Part shown: positions 40,294 to 54,176 of the stretch, in pieces
Numbering within the stretch: position 1 is the stretch's first letter
How the letters are laid out: the number at the start of each line of letters is the position of its first letter
Assembly (NCBI RefSeq): GCF_018350175.1
Contig: NC_058383.1
Location: 26,228,001 to 26,292,000 of the forward strand
Source: Felis catus
Taxonomy: Eukaryota
Length of the DNA stretch: 64,000 nucleotides
Reading direction: 5' to 3'
Position numbers and translations under genes: made by a program
The notes under the pieces: generated by a model
What the model saw: only the letters and a program-made list of their open reading frames with translations
Told to the model about the DNA's origin: nothing
Database searches by the model: none

Positions 40294-40849
40294 GATAGGG
40301 GGGCACCTGGGTGGCTTAGTTGGTTAAGTGTGTGACTTTGGCTCAGGTCGTGATCTTGCGGTTCGTGGGTTCGAGCCCCACGTCGGGCTCTGTGCTGGCA
40401 GCTCAGAGCCTGGAGCCTGCTCCGGGTTCTGTGTCTCCCTCACTCTCTGCCCCTCCCCTGCTCGCACTCTGTCTCTATCTCTCTCACAGTAAGTAAATAT
40501 TATAAAATAAAAAAAAAAAAAACACTTGATACAGATAGGTTCTCAAATCAGCAAATCATCTGAGATGATCAGAAAAGAGGGCCATGGTGGGAGGTGGGAG
40601 CTGGGAAGGGACCAGGTTCAAGTCTCCAAACTGGCATCAAGAGGGATGGTGGGAAGAGATAATGTCTTACCCTATGGGCGGAGTCAACGCTATAGACCCT
40701 GGTAAGGATCTGGGACAGGAAGGTAGACAGAGATGAAGAATGTATCCGCTAGATATTGCTGCTTAATAAAGCATCCCAAATTGTAGTAGTGGCTTCACAG
40801 AGTGACCATTTATTATTTGTCACAATTCCTATGGGTTGACCAGGCAGTT

Positions 40850-41063
40850 CTTTTCTTTTTTTGATGTGTATTTATTTTTGAGATGGAGACAGAATGCAAG
40901 CAGAGGAGGGGCAGAGAGAGAGAGGGAGACACAGAATCCCAAGCAGGCTCCAGGCTCTGAGCTGTCAGCATAGAGCCCGACACAGGGCTCGAACTCATGA
41001 GCCGTGAGATCATGACCTGAGCTGAAGTCGGACGCTTAACTGACTGAGCCACCCAGGCACCCC
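40850..41063 (-). mobile_element. CAN-SINE inside an MLT1-type LTR (~40740-41400)
   Basis: TSD gaccaggcagttctttt on both sides. Confidence 0.9.
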
Positions 41064-42355
41064 GACCAGGCAGTTCTTTTGATGGTCTTATCAAGGCTCA
41101 CTCAGGCAGCCGCATTCAGTTGGCAGATCCGCTGGGGTCTGGGCTTGTCCGGGGCCACCAGATGGCCAGGCCTCTCTTCATGTTGCCTTCCATCCCAGGC
41201 TCCTTCACAGCATGGCAGTCTCCAGGTTCTAAGAGAGCAAAAGTGGAAGCTTTAGGGCCCAGGCCCAAGAACTCACACACCACCTCTGCTACATTCCACT
41301 GGTCAAAGAAAATATTGGGGCCAGCGCAGGGGCAGGAGATAGAGAAGTAGACTCCATCTCTTGATTAGAGATGCTGCAAAATACTGTGGCAAAGTTTTTC
41401 AATTGATGGCAAGGAGGTTGATCTTACATGCAATCCCTGACTTTTAGCTAATGGGAGATTCATCCCAGGTTCTTGGATAATAATCAGACTAGTCCCTGTC
41501 AACCTTCTGTGAGTGAGATGGAGCCCCATTAAGAGAGGCTAACATGGAATTTGGTTTTGTTTTCCATCCTAGATTTACCAAGGTTAGAGATTCAAATGCC
41601 TACTAAGGCCAAGTGTAGCGTTGGGGGGGTGGGGAATCAAGTGATCTTCTTGGCGATTGCTCATTTGCCCCCTCTTGAGAGATGACCAGAGCACCAGCAG
41701 CCATTTTGGTCCATGAGGTGACCATGATGATGAAAGTCGTGAGCTGAGGATGCTGAGCAGGAATATAGTGTCTGGGTCCCTGCTGACGCTTGGAGTCTCC
41801 ATCCCAGCTCTGAGCTGTTGATTCTCCAGATACTTTCTGATACTTTTATCTTAGCCTTCTTATTTTGAGGTTTTGTCATAAGGAGGAAATCCTAATCCTA
41901 AGTGGTTTAGCTGCTAACAAAACTGGGAAGATGTCATATTCACATTCAAATATAAATTTATATTTTCACTTGGAAAATGAGATCTGGTTACACTGGGGCC
42001 ACATTCCCAAATGGCAGTCCTAAGGATGGGACTGAGGAGGGGCTGTCGCCTTTATTCTCAGTTCATACAGTCCTCACTAATCCAGACTGATATCTTGTAT
42101 CCTCCCATTGCCCCCATTTATATTGCCTGCGTGCTCCTGGAGGCATTTGAGTTTGTGACCCCTGACCTGCGTTCTTTCTCTGCACCTCAGTTTCCCCATT
42201 AGCACAACTGGGCTAACAATAGAACCTCCTTCTCAGGCTTTTTGGGAAGTGGGAAGATGAGACACGTCACTAGATGTAAAGCACTTACCTGAGTAATGCC
42301 CACCAGTCTCAACAGCGAGAGTCCTGTTATTATTGTTACTATTATCATTATTTTC

Positions 42356-42591
42356 TTTTTCTTTTTTTTTTAAATTTTTTTTAACGTTTATTTATTTTTG
42401 AGACAGAGAGAGACAGAGCATGAACGGGGGAGGGTCAGAGAGAGAGAGAGAGAGAGACACAGAATCTGAAACAGGCTCCAGGCTCTGAGCTGTCAGCACA
42501 GAGCCCGACGCGGGGCTCGAACTCACAAACCATGAGATCATGACCTGAGTCGAAGTCGGAGGCTTAACCAACTGAGCCACCCAGGCGCCCC
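42356..42591 (-). mobile_element. SINEC_Fc
   Basis: Perfect 16-bp TSD tattatcattattttc (42340-42355 / 42592-42607). Confidence 0.95.
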
Positions 42592-43361
42592 TATTATCAT
42601 TATTTTCAATATGAGAAGGAATTTGAGTTTTTGGGTGGGTGATCCCAAACCGAAAGAAGAGAAAGCAGGGCACAGCTCAGGCTCCAGCAAGAGGTTCTCA
42701 GGTGTGATCATGCCTGTGGGTGACTTTTCTTGTCAATCCGGGGACAGTTGCCATGTTAATTTCATCTATCCCTTTTAAGGTGTGAGTAGCTCACCACTTG
42801 CACAGAGGATGGAGCTGTCTTTGATCTTCTTCAGGCAGCTCACATCTTCTCCCTTCCCAAACGCAAGAACCACTCTTGGCTTCCCCCCTGCACAAGGCCT
42901 TGGGATCTGTCCTGCCCAGGCTGTCTGCCATCATCGCTTCTCCGTTAGGCCAGGCTGTGGGCAGGGCGGCCAGCCCACTGAAGAGGGGGGATTCTGGGTG
43001 AGCCCACAGCATAGGGGAGAGTGGGTTTTTTTTCCTTTGCCTGAGGCTGGTACCTCCCAAGGATAAGGCAATATAAAAGGGGGGATTTTGTGGAATAACT
43101 CAAGGCTGGGAAGGAGACAGACACATTGTGCATACTGGGGTCTGGGCAGGGGAGGGTATATGCTGGCAGAGGTCACCCTCAGCCTATGTGGTGGATCTCT
43201 GCAGTGACTCCTGCTCTGAAGGCTGCCTCCTGCGGCTCAGGTGGGAGGGTGCTTAGCCAGCCAGGGTGGGATTTTCCACCCACGTACAGGCCCAGGAGAA
43301 AGCGCTAGAGCGTTAGAGCCCTCAGAGCAGCTCCCGGGCACCTGGGAGCAGATCCTGGCTT

Positions 43362-43589
43362 TCTTTTTTCTTTAAAAAAAAAAAAAAATTTTTTTTTAAT
43401 GTTTATTTTTTGAGAGACAGAGCACAAGCCCGGGAGGGGCAGAGAGAGAAGGAGACACAGAGTCTGAAGCAGGCTCCAGGCTCTGAGCTGTCAGCACAGA
43501 GCCAGACGTGGGGCTCGCACTCATGAGCCGTGAGATGATGACCTGAGCCGAAGTCGGACTCTCAACTGACTGAGCTACCCAGGCGCCCC
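43362..43589 (-). mobile_element. CAN-SINE
   Basis: TSD agatcctggctttct. Confidence 0.9.
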
Positions 43590-43986
43590 AAGATCCTGGC
43601 TTTCTGATTCACAGGCTGTGTGATCTTCAGCAAGTCACTTAACCCCTCTGAGCTTCTGTTTACTATCTCAGAATCCCTGTGGTGAGTATTCCAGTGTCTC
43701 TGGGCAGTGGGCAGGAGCCTCTCTGGAACATGCCCTCGGGGTTCAGATGTTATGGGGTGTGGGTAACTCCAGTGTGATTAATGAGGGCCACTGCTGTGCA
43801 GTGATTCACAGTCGACACTTCCACGGGGAGCGTGTGGGCTCTCCCCATGTTGTTGGGGATCCTTTACAAACAGAATCACGACATGTTCATTCTTCACCTT
43901 GCTTTGTTTCCACTTGCCATGTATGTTAGAGATCTTTCCATATCAACCCATCTAGATATGCCTCGTGAAAAAAAATTTTTTTTATC

Positions 43987-44605
43987 GGGGCAGCCCAGTC
44001 AGTTGAGCGGCAGACTTTGGCTCAGGTCTCCATCTTGTGGTTCGTGAGTTCAAGCCCCACATTGCTGCTGTCAGCCTGTCAGCACAGGGCCCGCTTCAGA
44101 TCCTCTGTCCCCCTTTGTCTGCCCCTCCCCCACTTGTGCTTTCCCCAAAATAAATAAATATTCTTGAATAAATAAATAAAATAAACATTTTATTGAGTTA
44201 CATTGTAATTACAGGAAAGTGCACACACAGCACAGTGACTTTCAAAGTGAAAAACACCTAAGTAATCACTACTTAAATCCAGAAACAGAATGTTCTTCTC
44301 ATCCTAGATGTCCTCTCCCAAACCAAATGGGTTTATAAATAATATGTACTCTTTTCATGTATTTGTTTAGCTTTTTTAGCCAAACATTATGTTTGTGAGA
44401 TACAGTCATGTTGTTGCAGGTAGCAGCACTCAGCAATGACTAGAGACCCTCTCGTCACACCTTGCCGAGGGGAGTCCCGTCGGCATCTGGTGGGTGGGGT
44501 CCAGACATGCCCTCTGCATCCTACAACTCACAAGACAGCCCCCTCCCCCACCGTCAGAGACTGTCTGGCCCCAATTGTCAGTCGTGCCGATGTTGAGGAA
44601 GCCTG
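43987..44605. mobile_element. CAN-SINE (+, 43987-44185), old L1 fragment and MER20-like MITE (~44430-44605)
   Basis: SINE body; ggcatctggtgggtggggtccagac...ctggccccaattgtcagtcgtgccgatgttgaggaagcctg. Confidence 0.65.
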
Positions 44606-46369
44606 GTGTGGACCAGGCTAAGAACTTTCGATTTTATCCTGAGGGTAGCAGAGGATGAGAATCCCGGTCAGGTGTATGTTGAGAGTAACTAGATACCGCC
44701 GAATATTTTTCATAGTTAATTGTGTCCTCATTCTTTAGTAACGCCTGCATCCTTTTCCATCATATTTTGCCAGTTCCCATCAATTATATTGTTTCCAACC
44801 TTTGGCCATTACACCAACTCCAGACGAGGACACCTGTCACAGCCTCTTTACAGAGAATATCGTATTTGGATGTAAACACATACACACTCTCTCACAGAAA
44901 CCCACAGTTTCTCTTTCTGGAGATTCCAGACAATGGGAACTTGATCGAAGTTTCATTTAAATGTAAATTTTCTTCACTCCAGCATGGTTAACATCGAACT
45001 GACTTACAGAAATAGCTCCTGTCATCCTGGCCTCTTGCTGCTGATTCACATCTTGTGTGAATGGACACAAGATCCGGAAAGATAAACAGGAAGTCCCTTG
45101 AGGCATGGGAACATAGGGGCAGGCCTCTGCTCCTCTGAGAGCTGGGACTCAAATAGCTAAGTGCCAGCCAGGGTGGAGCCCAGAGGGACCAAAGCTGACC
45201 TTCCTCTGCCTGCAAACAGGACTGACGAGGTCTGGGGTGATTTACAATTTTTCTCCCTAAATGCTTCTTCTGAACTAATTCCACTTTGAAATTCATCTCT
45301 GATTTCTCAGTGTCTTTTATCTTTGTCTAAAATTCAAGTAACGGGTAGTGCTTTGATTTCAAATGCACTGTTTTAAACTATAACTACATAATATGTCTTG
45401 TTCATTTTTATCTCACCCATTGTTCAAGCAGTTGCATTAACAATTGTTTTACATTAATTTTAAATGTTACAGGAACAATAAAGTCAATAGAACAGAAAAT
45501 TTTAAATGCGCATGACAGAAAGGAAGACGGCCCAGATTCATTCAGTTACTCTTAATAAGATTTAAAAATTAAATTTCGCTTTGAGCCTTCTGGCGGCCAA
45601 AGCAAAAAGGGAAACACAGTGCTGCTACACACAATTTCTTGTTTTCTAATCAAAGGAAAACAACACATCTTTAGTTGAGATAATTATTTTCTTGATCCTA
45701 AGTTCTGAAAGGGGCTGAATGTGAAAAAATTTTAATTTATTCTTCTAATCTCTGGTTCTATCTCTGCTTTTCTTCCTTACCCTGGATGGGGTGTAGGTAT
45801 AATATTGTAAAATAATAATGTTTGAAATGATAGCTGCCCAATGCTGGGCTATGTGCTTTATACACTGGATATGGGCTATTATCCCCATTTTACAGCGGAG
45901 GGAACTGAGGGAACTGAGTTTGGGTAACAATCCCCAACTCCCGCTTGGGTGGTAGTGGAGTTGATAGATGGTCAGGATGGTCCTCTGAGAAGGTAAGTAA
46001 CTTGTCCAAGGTCCTACAGCTGGGCAACGTCAGAGCTGGGATTCAAACAGGAGGCTTTAGACATCTTAGATATCTTTAGTGCCTAAATGCCAGGTACACC
46101 TTAGGGCGTTTTGTATAATTGTGAGGGTGAGAGTAAGTTGAAGTTAAAAGAAGAGCTGATTGAGGCCCAATTCTGCCTCCTAAGAGCCATATGACTCTGG
46201 GCAGCTTGATTCCTTTGAGCCTCAGTTTCTTTATCAGAAAAATGGGTAGGTAATGGCTCCGACCTCAGAGGGTACTGCGAGGATTTAGCATATTGATGCC
46301 TGGAGGGGGTTTAGCATAGAATCTGGCAAGGACAGTACCCATCAAACAGCTCTTAATGCCAAGAATCCT

Positions 46370-46400
46370 TGATGATAAAGAAAATGTGTTATGTGTGTGT

Positions 46401-46434
<34 letters not shown>

Positions 46435-46985
46435 ATGGAATATTATTTGGCCCTGAAAAGAAGGAAATCCTGTCATTTGCAGCAACATGAATGGACATGG
46501 AAGGCATTATGCTAAGTGAAATAAGCCAGACACAGAAAGTCAAATACTGCATGATCTCACTTACATGTGAAACTGACACACTCAAACTCACAGAAGCCGA
46601 GAGTAAAAAGGTGGTTGTCAGGGGCTAGGAGGGAAGGAGAAGTGGGGAGATGTTGGTCAAAGAGTTTCAGTTATGCAAAATAAGTAAGTTCTGGAGAGCT
46701 ACTGTACATACAGCACAAGGCCTATGCTAAACAATATTGTATTATATACTTAACTGTTGGCTAAGAGGGTAGATCTGATGTCATGTGTTTTTTTTTTTTT
46801 TTTTTTTTTTTTTTGTTATGTGTTCTTACCATAAGAGGGAAAAAACAAAAGGAACCGGAGGAAGCTTTTGGAGGCAATGGGTAAGTTTATGGCCCTGACA
46901 GTGTTGATCGTTTCACGGGTATACCCTTATCTCCAAACACATCAAGTTGCATACATTAAACAGCTACAGCTTTTTGTATATATCT
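46370..46985 (+). mobile_element. L1MA-type 3' end with embedded (TG)n and poly-T tracts
   Basis: aaggaaatcctgtcatttgcagcaacatgaatggacatggaaggcattatgctaagtgaaataagccagacacagaaag. Confidence 0.9.
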
Positions 46986-47015
46986 ATATCTGTGTATCTA
47001 TGTTATAAGGAATCC

Positions 47016-47476
47016 TTTTTTTTATTTTTATTTATTTATTTATTTTTAAATGTTTTTAACGTTTATTTATTTTTGAGACAGAGAGAGACAGAGCATGAAT
47101 GGGGGAGGGGCAGAGAGAGAGGGAGACACAGAATCGAAAGCAGGCTCCCCAGGCTGAGCCATCAGCCCAGAGCCCGATGCGGGGCTCGAACTCACGGACC
47201 GCGAGATCATGACCTGAGCTGAAGTCAGACGCTTAACCGACTGAGCCACCCAGGCGTCCCAGGAATCCTTTTTTTTAAAGGTTTATTTATTTTGAGAGAG
47301 AGAGAAAGCACAAGCAGGGGAGGGGCAGAGAAAGAGGGAGAAGGACAGAATCCCAGGTAGGCTCTGTGCTGTCAGCCAGAGCCCGATGTGGGGCTTAACC
47401 CCTGAACTGTGAGATAATGACCTGAGCTGAAATCAAGAGTCGGACGCTTAGCCAACTGAGCTACCCAGGCACCCCT
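47016..47476 (-). mobile_element. Young SINEC_Fc (47016-47260) nested in the tail of an older CAN-SINE
   Basis: Inner TSD aggaatccttttttt; outer TSD ttataa(g/a)gaatcctt. Confidence 0.9.
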
Positions 47477-48091
47477 CTCTTATAAAGAATCCTTGATGAG
47501 GCAGGAATAGCCAGCTCTCCACCTTGGGTAGGATCACCCTCCCTGTCCCTTTTTATAAGCTTTTCTTGTTCCCAGCCTTGTACTCTCTGATTGCCCTGGG
47601 GGTGGGGGGCAGGGTTGAGGGGAGAAACAACCAGGAAGGGGCTGGAATTTAATAACGAAGCACCCTTTGAAATGGCCGGAAGGTCCCAACTCTGAGCTGT
47701 CTGCAGTGGTTTTCACTGCAAGCTTCACAGTAATACTGTCTGTTTTTATTTATACTGCATTTCCTGTTTACAAAGCCCTGTTGCCACATGCTCTCATCTG
47801 TTCGCTGCTTGCCTCGCTTCACTTCTCTGGGCAGTTCTCTGAAAGGGCAGGATTCTCATCTCCATTTTATAGATGAAGCAAATAAGGTGCAGAGTGGGGA
47901 GGTGACTTCCTTAAGGTCAACCAGCAGAGAGGCTAATAGAACCCAGCTCTTCAGAGTCCATGTTCAGGGCTTTCCTCTAGCACATGCTGCTGCAGGCCAG
48001 CAGTTAATAGAACTGTTTCCAGAAGTAGTTAAGAGAGCCAGAAAAAAACACATTTTGAATTGGCCAAGAGGGATTTGAAAAACCAACACAC

Positions 48092-48304
48092 GGGGCACCT
48101 GGGTGGCTCAGTCGGTTAAGTGTTCGACTTTAGGTTTCGGCTCAGGTCATGATCTCACCGCCCGTGGGATGGAACTCCTCATGTGGCTCCCACTGACAGT
48201 GTGGAGCCTGCTTGGGATTCTCTCTCTCCCTCTCTGTCTCTGCCCCTCCCCTGCTCACTCTCCCTGTCTCTCTCAAAATAAATAAATAAACTTAAAAAAA
48301 AAAA
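48092..48304 (+). mobile_element. CAN-SINE
   Basis: ggggcacctgggtggctcagtcggttaag...aaataaataaa; TSD-like aacacacg. Confidence 0.9.
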
Positions 48305-48461
48305 CACTAACACACGTCAAGTCCTGGCTTTTCTCCTAATGTGGCTGCTTGTCCTTTGTCCTCTGTTCCTTCAGTCTTCGTGTTTCTCTGACCATCCTCA
48401 CTCTCCTGTTCAGAAACCAAGCAGAGGACTGGTTCATTCATTCATTCATTCATTCACTCGC

Positions 48462-48604
48462 TGTTAGGTACTGAATTGCCTTCACCTCCTCAAATTCGTA
48501 TATTGAAGTCCTACCCCTAGTATGTCAGAATGTGACTGTATGTATGTATGTATTTAATGTTTATTTATTTATTTTGAGAGAGAGTGAGCAAGCATGAGTG
48601 GGGG

Positions 48605-48653
<49 letters not shown>

Positions 48654-49335
48654 GAATCCCAAGCAGTCTCTACTTTGTCAGCACAGAGTCTGATGTAAGA
48701 CTTAATCCCACAAACTGTGAGATCATGACCTGAACCAAAATCGAGAGTCGGATGCTTAACCGACTGAGCCACCCAGGAGACCCAGAATGTGACTGTGTTT
48801 TAGAGATAAGTCTTTTAAAGAGATAATTACGGGGCGCCTGGGTGGCTCAGTCAGTTGAGCGTCCGACTTCAGCTCAGGTCACGATCTCGCGGTCTGTGAG
48901 TTCCAGCCCCGCGTCGGGCTCTGGGCTGATGGCTCAGAGCCTGGAGACTGCTTCCCATTCTGTGTCTCCCTCTCTCTCTCTGCCCCTGCCCCATTCATGC
49001 TCTGTCTCTCTCTGTCTCAAAAATAAATAAATGTTAAAAAATAAAGAAAAAAAAAGATAATTAAGGTAAAAGGAAATCTCATGGGTGGGCCCCAGTCCTA
49101 AGCGACTAGTGTCCTTACTGGAAGAGATTAGGACACAGACGACACAGGCAGAGTGGCAACCTTGTAAGGATGTGGTGAGAAGGAGGCTGTCTGCAAGCCA
49201 AGGAGAGAGGCCTCAGGAGAAATCAACCCTGCCAGCACCTTGGTGTTGGACTTCCAGAACTCTGAGAAAGAAATTTCTGTTGTTTAAGCCCCGCGGTCTG
49301 GTATTTTGTTGCAGTAGCCCCAGTAGAAGAAAACA
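48462..49335. mobile_element. MLT1 LTR carrying two head-to-head CAN-SINEs (- 48540-48783, + 48831-49055)
   Basis: MLT1 pieces join across the insertions; TSDs cagaatgtgactgt and agataatta. Confidence 0.85.
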
Positions 49336-49617
49336 CTCGCTCCTTTATTCACACTTCCCTGTACATCCCCTCGTGTAGGTCATGCCTCGCTGTTGCTGAG
49401 CAAGGCTTCCTGGTTACTCTCTGTAAAACTGCAACCCGTTTCCACTATCTGGGAATCCATATATTTGCTTGTTAAGTGTTTATTGCCACCCACTCCCCAC
49501 ACCAAGATATGCATGCATCAGGGGCCAGGGTTTGTTTTTTTTTCTTCTTCTTTTTTTTTTTTTTTTTTTGTTCATTGCTGCATCCACAGTGTCTACATCA
49601 CAGTAAGTGCTCAGTAA

Positions 49618-49619
<2 letters not shown>

Positions 49620-49656
<37 letters not shown>

Positions 49657-49863
49657 ATATATATATATATTTTTTTTTTTTTTTTTGAGAGAGAGAGACA
49701 CACACACAGTACAAGCAGGGGAGGGGGAGAGGAAGAGGAAGACATAGAATCCAAAGCAGGCTCCAGGCTCCAAGTTGTCAGCACAGAGCCTGATGAGGTG
49801 CTTGAACTCATGGACTGTGAGATCATGCCTGAGCCAAAGTCAGACTGAAGCACCCAGGCGCCC
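49620..49863 (-). mobile_element. CAN-SINE whose tail expanded into a compound (TG)n(TA)n(T)n microsatellite
   Basis: TSD tcagtaagt flanks both the SINE and the microsatellite. Confidence 0.85.
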
Positions 49864-50949
49864 TCAGTAAGTGTATCTTGAATGAATGAGGTCATGCCTG
49901 TACTCAACCCATCAGCAGTTCCTGAGCTATGACTTAGCACCAGGCCCTGTGCCAGGAGCTGAGATATACCTGGGGACCCAAGTAGTGTGTCCCCATACTG
50001 GCTTGAACATCCCTACCAGATGCTCGGGATCATTTCAGAATCACTTCTGCACCCTCCACGTTCATCCCAGGCTTGCTCTGGAATTGATGCTGGATCAATG
50101 CTTGTCGAATGGCTCAGTGTTGGGAGCAAGGGCCTGACATATCCTTACATGCTGGATGCGAAGGTGAATGGTCTCACTGTGGGGCCATGATGTGGCAGGT
50201 AGTGTATTACGTATTTGTAACAAAGTCCCAAAGTCTGTAAACACAGGGATAGAGGAGGTAATTGCCCTCTCCATTACTTGATTCAAGTGTATCCTCCTGA
50301 GTATGAGAAAAAGGATGGATGGCAGGATGCTTTCAAAGCAGAGATTTGCACAGAACCCCCCGAACTTCTAGGACCCATGGTGACCCACACCCCGCACCCT
50401 CCTGGCTTGCCATCCACAGCTTGGGGGACTATGAGTTGTTATTTTAGAATTACATGCATTTGTCTTTGATTTTACCCATGGAGATATTTTTACTAAGGTA
50501 GAAGATCAGGAGAGGTGAGCACAGTATAAGCATGGGTACTTTCTGGGGTGCTGGTGATGTTCTGTATCTTGAGAGGGGTTTGAGTTGTGTGTTCCTTTGT
50601 CAAAGCCCATTGAACAGTGTACTTAAAATCTGTGCAAACTACTGCATGTAATTTCACCTATAAACAAATATTGAACTCTAGGGAATAATAATCTTGCTGA
50701 AATATTTAGGAGGAAGAGAAATGAGATCTGCAACTTTGTTTGAAATGCGTCAGACTTCAAGGTAGATCAACAGATGGAAATGGGATGGATAGACTAATGA
50801 TAAAGCAGGTACAGTAGAATATTAACCGTAGAGCCTGTGTGATCACTGCAACATTCTTTAGACTTCTTGGTATGTTTGGAAATTTTTATATTAAATTTTG
50901 GAGGTAAAAACTTGAGCAGTTTCCATAGTGCTCCTGGGTTTCTTTACCC

Positions 50950-51437
50950 CCTCCTGCCTCCCTTCTCCCCTCCCTGATCCCTTCTCCTCTCCTCTCCTCC
51001 TCTCCCACCTCCTATCCTCTGCCTTCTTGCCTTCCCTCTCCTCCCCTCTCCTCCACCTCCTCCCCCCTCCTCCCCTCTCCTCCTTCTTCTAGATTTATTT
51101 ATGTATTGTTTTTAGTAATCTCTATACCCAACATGGGGCTCAAACTCAACCCTGAGATCAAGAGTCACATGCTTTACCTCCTGATCCAGCTGGGCACCCC
51201 TCTTTTCCTTCTTTTTTTAAATTATTAAAAAAATTTTTTTAATGTTTATTTTTGAAAGAGAGACAGTGTGTGAGCAGGGGAGGAGCAGAAAGAGAAAGGG
51301 AGACACAGACTCGAAAGCAGGCTCTAGGCTCTGAGCTGTCAGCACAGAGCCCAACACAGGGCTCGAACCCTCAAACCGAGAGATCATGACCTAAGCCGAA
51401 GTTGGATGCTTAACCGACTGAGCCACCCAGGCACCCC
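50950..51437 (-). mobile_element. CT-rich low-complexity tract (50950-51088) plus two CAN-SINEs
   Basis: Direct reading; TSD ctcttttccttctt around the second SINE. Confidence 0.8.
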
Positions 51438-51839
51438 CCTCTTTTCCTTCTTGATTAAAGAGCTGCAACATTGATGCCATTGCTAACAGACACAACTGTG
51501 ACTCCCAGTTTATCCCAGTCTGTCTCAATTTATAAAGTGGATTATAGGTATTTTAGAGAGCCCTATCATATTTCTAATATTTATACATTTTTCTCTCTTG
51601 GATTTGGGGACATTTACCACTCATTTATTCACTCACTCATTTATTTTTTATCCACTCATTCTTTCTTTCCTTCCTATTTTTTTCATTAACTCCTTTAATT
51701 ACATATTCATATAGAATGCTTCCCCATTATAATTAATTAATATCAAATAAGTGAAATGTGCACTAATGTTTCACTTTAGTAATTACATGTTAAAACCTAT
51801 ACAGTCTATGTGGGGTCATTTTATATTGTGAAATAAGAC

Positions 51840-52010
51840 TTATTATTTATTTATGTATTTAATTAGAGAGAGAAAGTGCACAGGGAGCTGGGGAGAGGGG
51901 GAGAGGGAGAGAATCTTTTTTTTTTTTTAACTTCTTTTTTTAAAGTGTATTTATTTGTTTTGAGAGAGACAGAGACAGCGCAATTGGGGGAGGGGGGAGA
52001 GAGGGAGAGA

Positions 52011-52060
<50 letters not shown>

Positions 52061-52185
52061 CCCAAGCAGTCTCCATACTGCCAGTACAGAGCCCAATGCG
52101 GGATTCAAACCCACCAAGCTGTCAGATCGTGACCTGAGCTTAAACCAAGAGTTAGATGCTCAACTGACTGAGCCACCCAGGTGTC
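51840..52185 (-). mobile_element. Nested CAN-SINE pieces with a long (GA)n tract
   Basis: Two SINE tails and one head; TSD-like ataagac. Confidence 0.8.
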
Positions 52186-52237
52186 AGTAAGATAAGACAT
52201 ATTTATGTTTCTTTATCAATAGTACATCTGGAGAAGC

Positions 52238-52418
52238 TTGCCAGATTTAGTGAATAAAAATGCAAAACACCTAGGTAATTTCAAATTTCAGATGAACAAT
52301 AAATTTTTTCAGTATAAACATATCCCATGTAATATTTGAGATATATTTACACTAAAAATAAGTTGTTTTTCTGAAACTCAAATTTAACTGGGCTTCTTGT
52401 ATTTTATATGGTAACCCT
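52238..52418. mobile_element. MER53 palindromic hAT-type MITE
   Basis: ttgccagatttag...tttcagatgaacaat...agtataaacatatccca | tgagatatatttacact...gttgtttttctgaaa...tatggtaaccct; the two arms are reverse complementary. Confidence 0.8.
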
Positions 52419-53525
52419 GCACACAGACTTACCCTGCAGACTAGAAACCTGGAAAACATTAATACTGATTATTAAAAATCTTTTTATTTTGGAATATTTT
52501 ATATTCACAGAAAAGTTGCAAATATAGCATCGAGAGTTCCAGTATACCCTTCACCCAGTTCCCCCAATGTTAACATTTTACAAAACCGTGGTGCATTCAT
52601 CAAAACTTAAATATTCAGTTGGGTACAGTAATAGTCACTAAACTCCAGATGTTATTTGAATTTTACCAAGTTTTCCACCCATGCCCTTTTTCTGCTCCAG
52701 GACCAATTAAACATACTGCACTGCATCTAATAACTCTGATTGTCTTCTAACTTTTCGTATTTTTGGAGGTGAGGCTGTGTGTGCCTATTTGCCTTTTCTG
52801 ATGAAAGGGGAACTTTCTGAGATTCTGCGAATGACTATTTTAAGTTTTCACAGGCTGGCAAACTGTTCGAAGGAGAACCACAGCACAAAAGAAGAACACA
52901 TCCTGAGACACTGGTTAGTGCCTAGCAAGTTTTGGCTTGGTCACAAGCTGGGTGTGCCGAGAGGAGTGCGTTGCACGTGTGTGCAACTCTGAATCTGAGC
53001 TGCAATGATAGCGGTGGTATTTACTGAGCAATTGCTACTTGCCAGGTATTATTATTGCCAGTGATGTTATTACTGCTATCAGATCGTGGGCCCCATGAGG
53101 GCAGAGACGATCTTTTAGTCGTTTTTGTAACCCAGGCACAGTACTTGGAATACAGCAGGTGATCTGCAAATAATTACTAAAGAAATGAAGTATATATTTG
53201 TTCTCCCCAAATCCACCACAACCAGTTTAAATGGTTTAAAAGTCTAGATTTCAAACTAGTTAGATGAAGCTAAATTATGCTGTGGCAATAAATGAGTCCT
53301 TGAATCTCAGTGGCTTAAGAAAACTAAGGTATATTTCTTATCCCTGCTACCTGTCTAAGTTAGGTCAGTAGGGACTGGGCTGGGGCTCTGTTCCACACGG
53401 TCACTCAGAGACTCAGGCTGACAGATGTTCATACATCTCAACCTTGATCGTTCTTGGTCCCCAAAACAGGGTAAGAGAGAACTGGAGCTTGTACCCTGCT
53501 TCTTAAAGACATCGATCATTTCTTG

Positions 53526-54128
53526 GGGCACCTGGGTGTCTCAGTCGGTTGAGGATCTGACTCTTGGTCTCAGCTCAGGTCATGATCTCACGGCTCATGA
53601 GTTCAAGCCCCTTATCAAGCTTTGCACTGACAGTGTGGAGCCTGCTTGGGATTCTGTCTCCTTCTCTCTCGGCCCCTCCCCCGTTTGCTCTCTGTGTCTT
53701 TCTCAAAATAAATAAAAATAAACTTAAAAAAAAGACATTGGTCACTTGTGCTACCACCCTTTGGTTAGATTTGGTTACATGGCCTCACCTAGCTACAGAG
53801 GGGCTGTGGACTGTAATCTTCTTTGATCCGAGAAGGAAGTGGAAGGGGACTTGGTGGACACATGTGTCATGTGTTTAATTACTTTCCTTTAAATAGAGCA
53901 TACATGTGGGGGCACCTGGCTGGCTTAGTCGGTTGAGTATCCGACTCTTGGTTTGGGCTCAGGTCATGATCCCAGGGTCATGGGATTGAGCCCATGTAGG
54001 GCTCTGCGCGGAGTGTGGAGCCTGCTTGGGATTTCCTCCCTCACTGTCTCCCTCTGCCCCTCCCCTCTGCTCATGCCCCCTCTCTCTCTTTCCCTCTCTC
54101 CCTCTCTAAAAAAAAAAAAATAAATATA

Positions 54129-54176
<48 letters not shown>

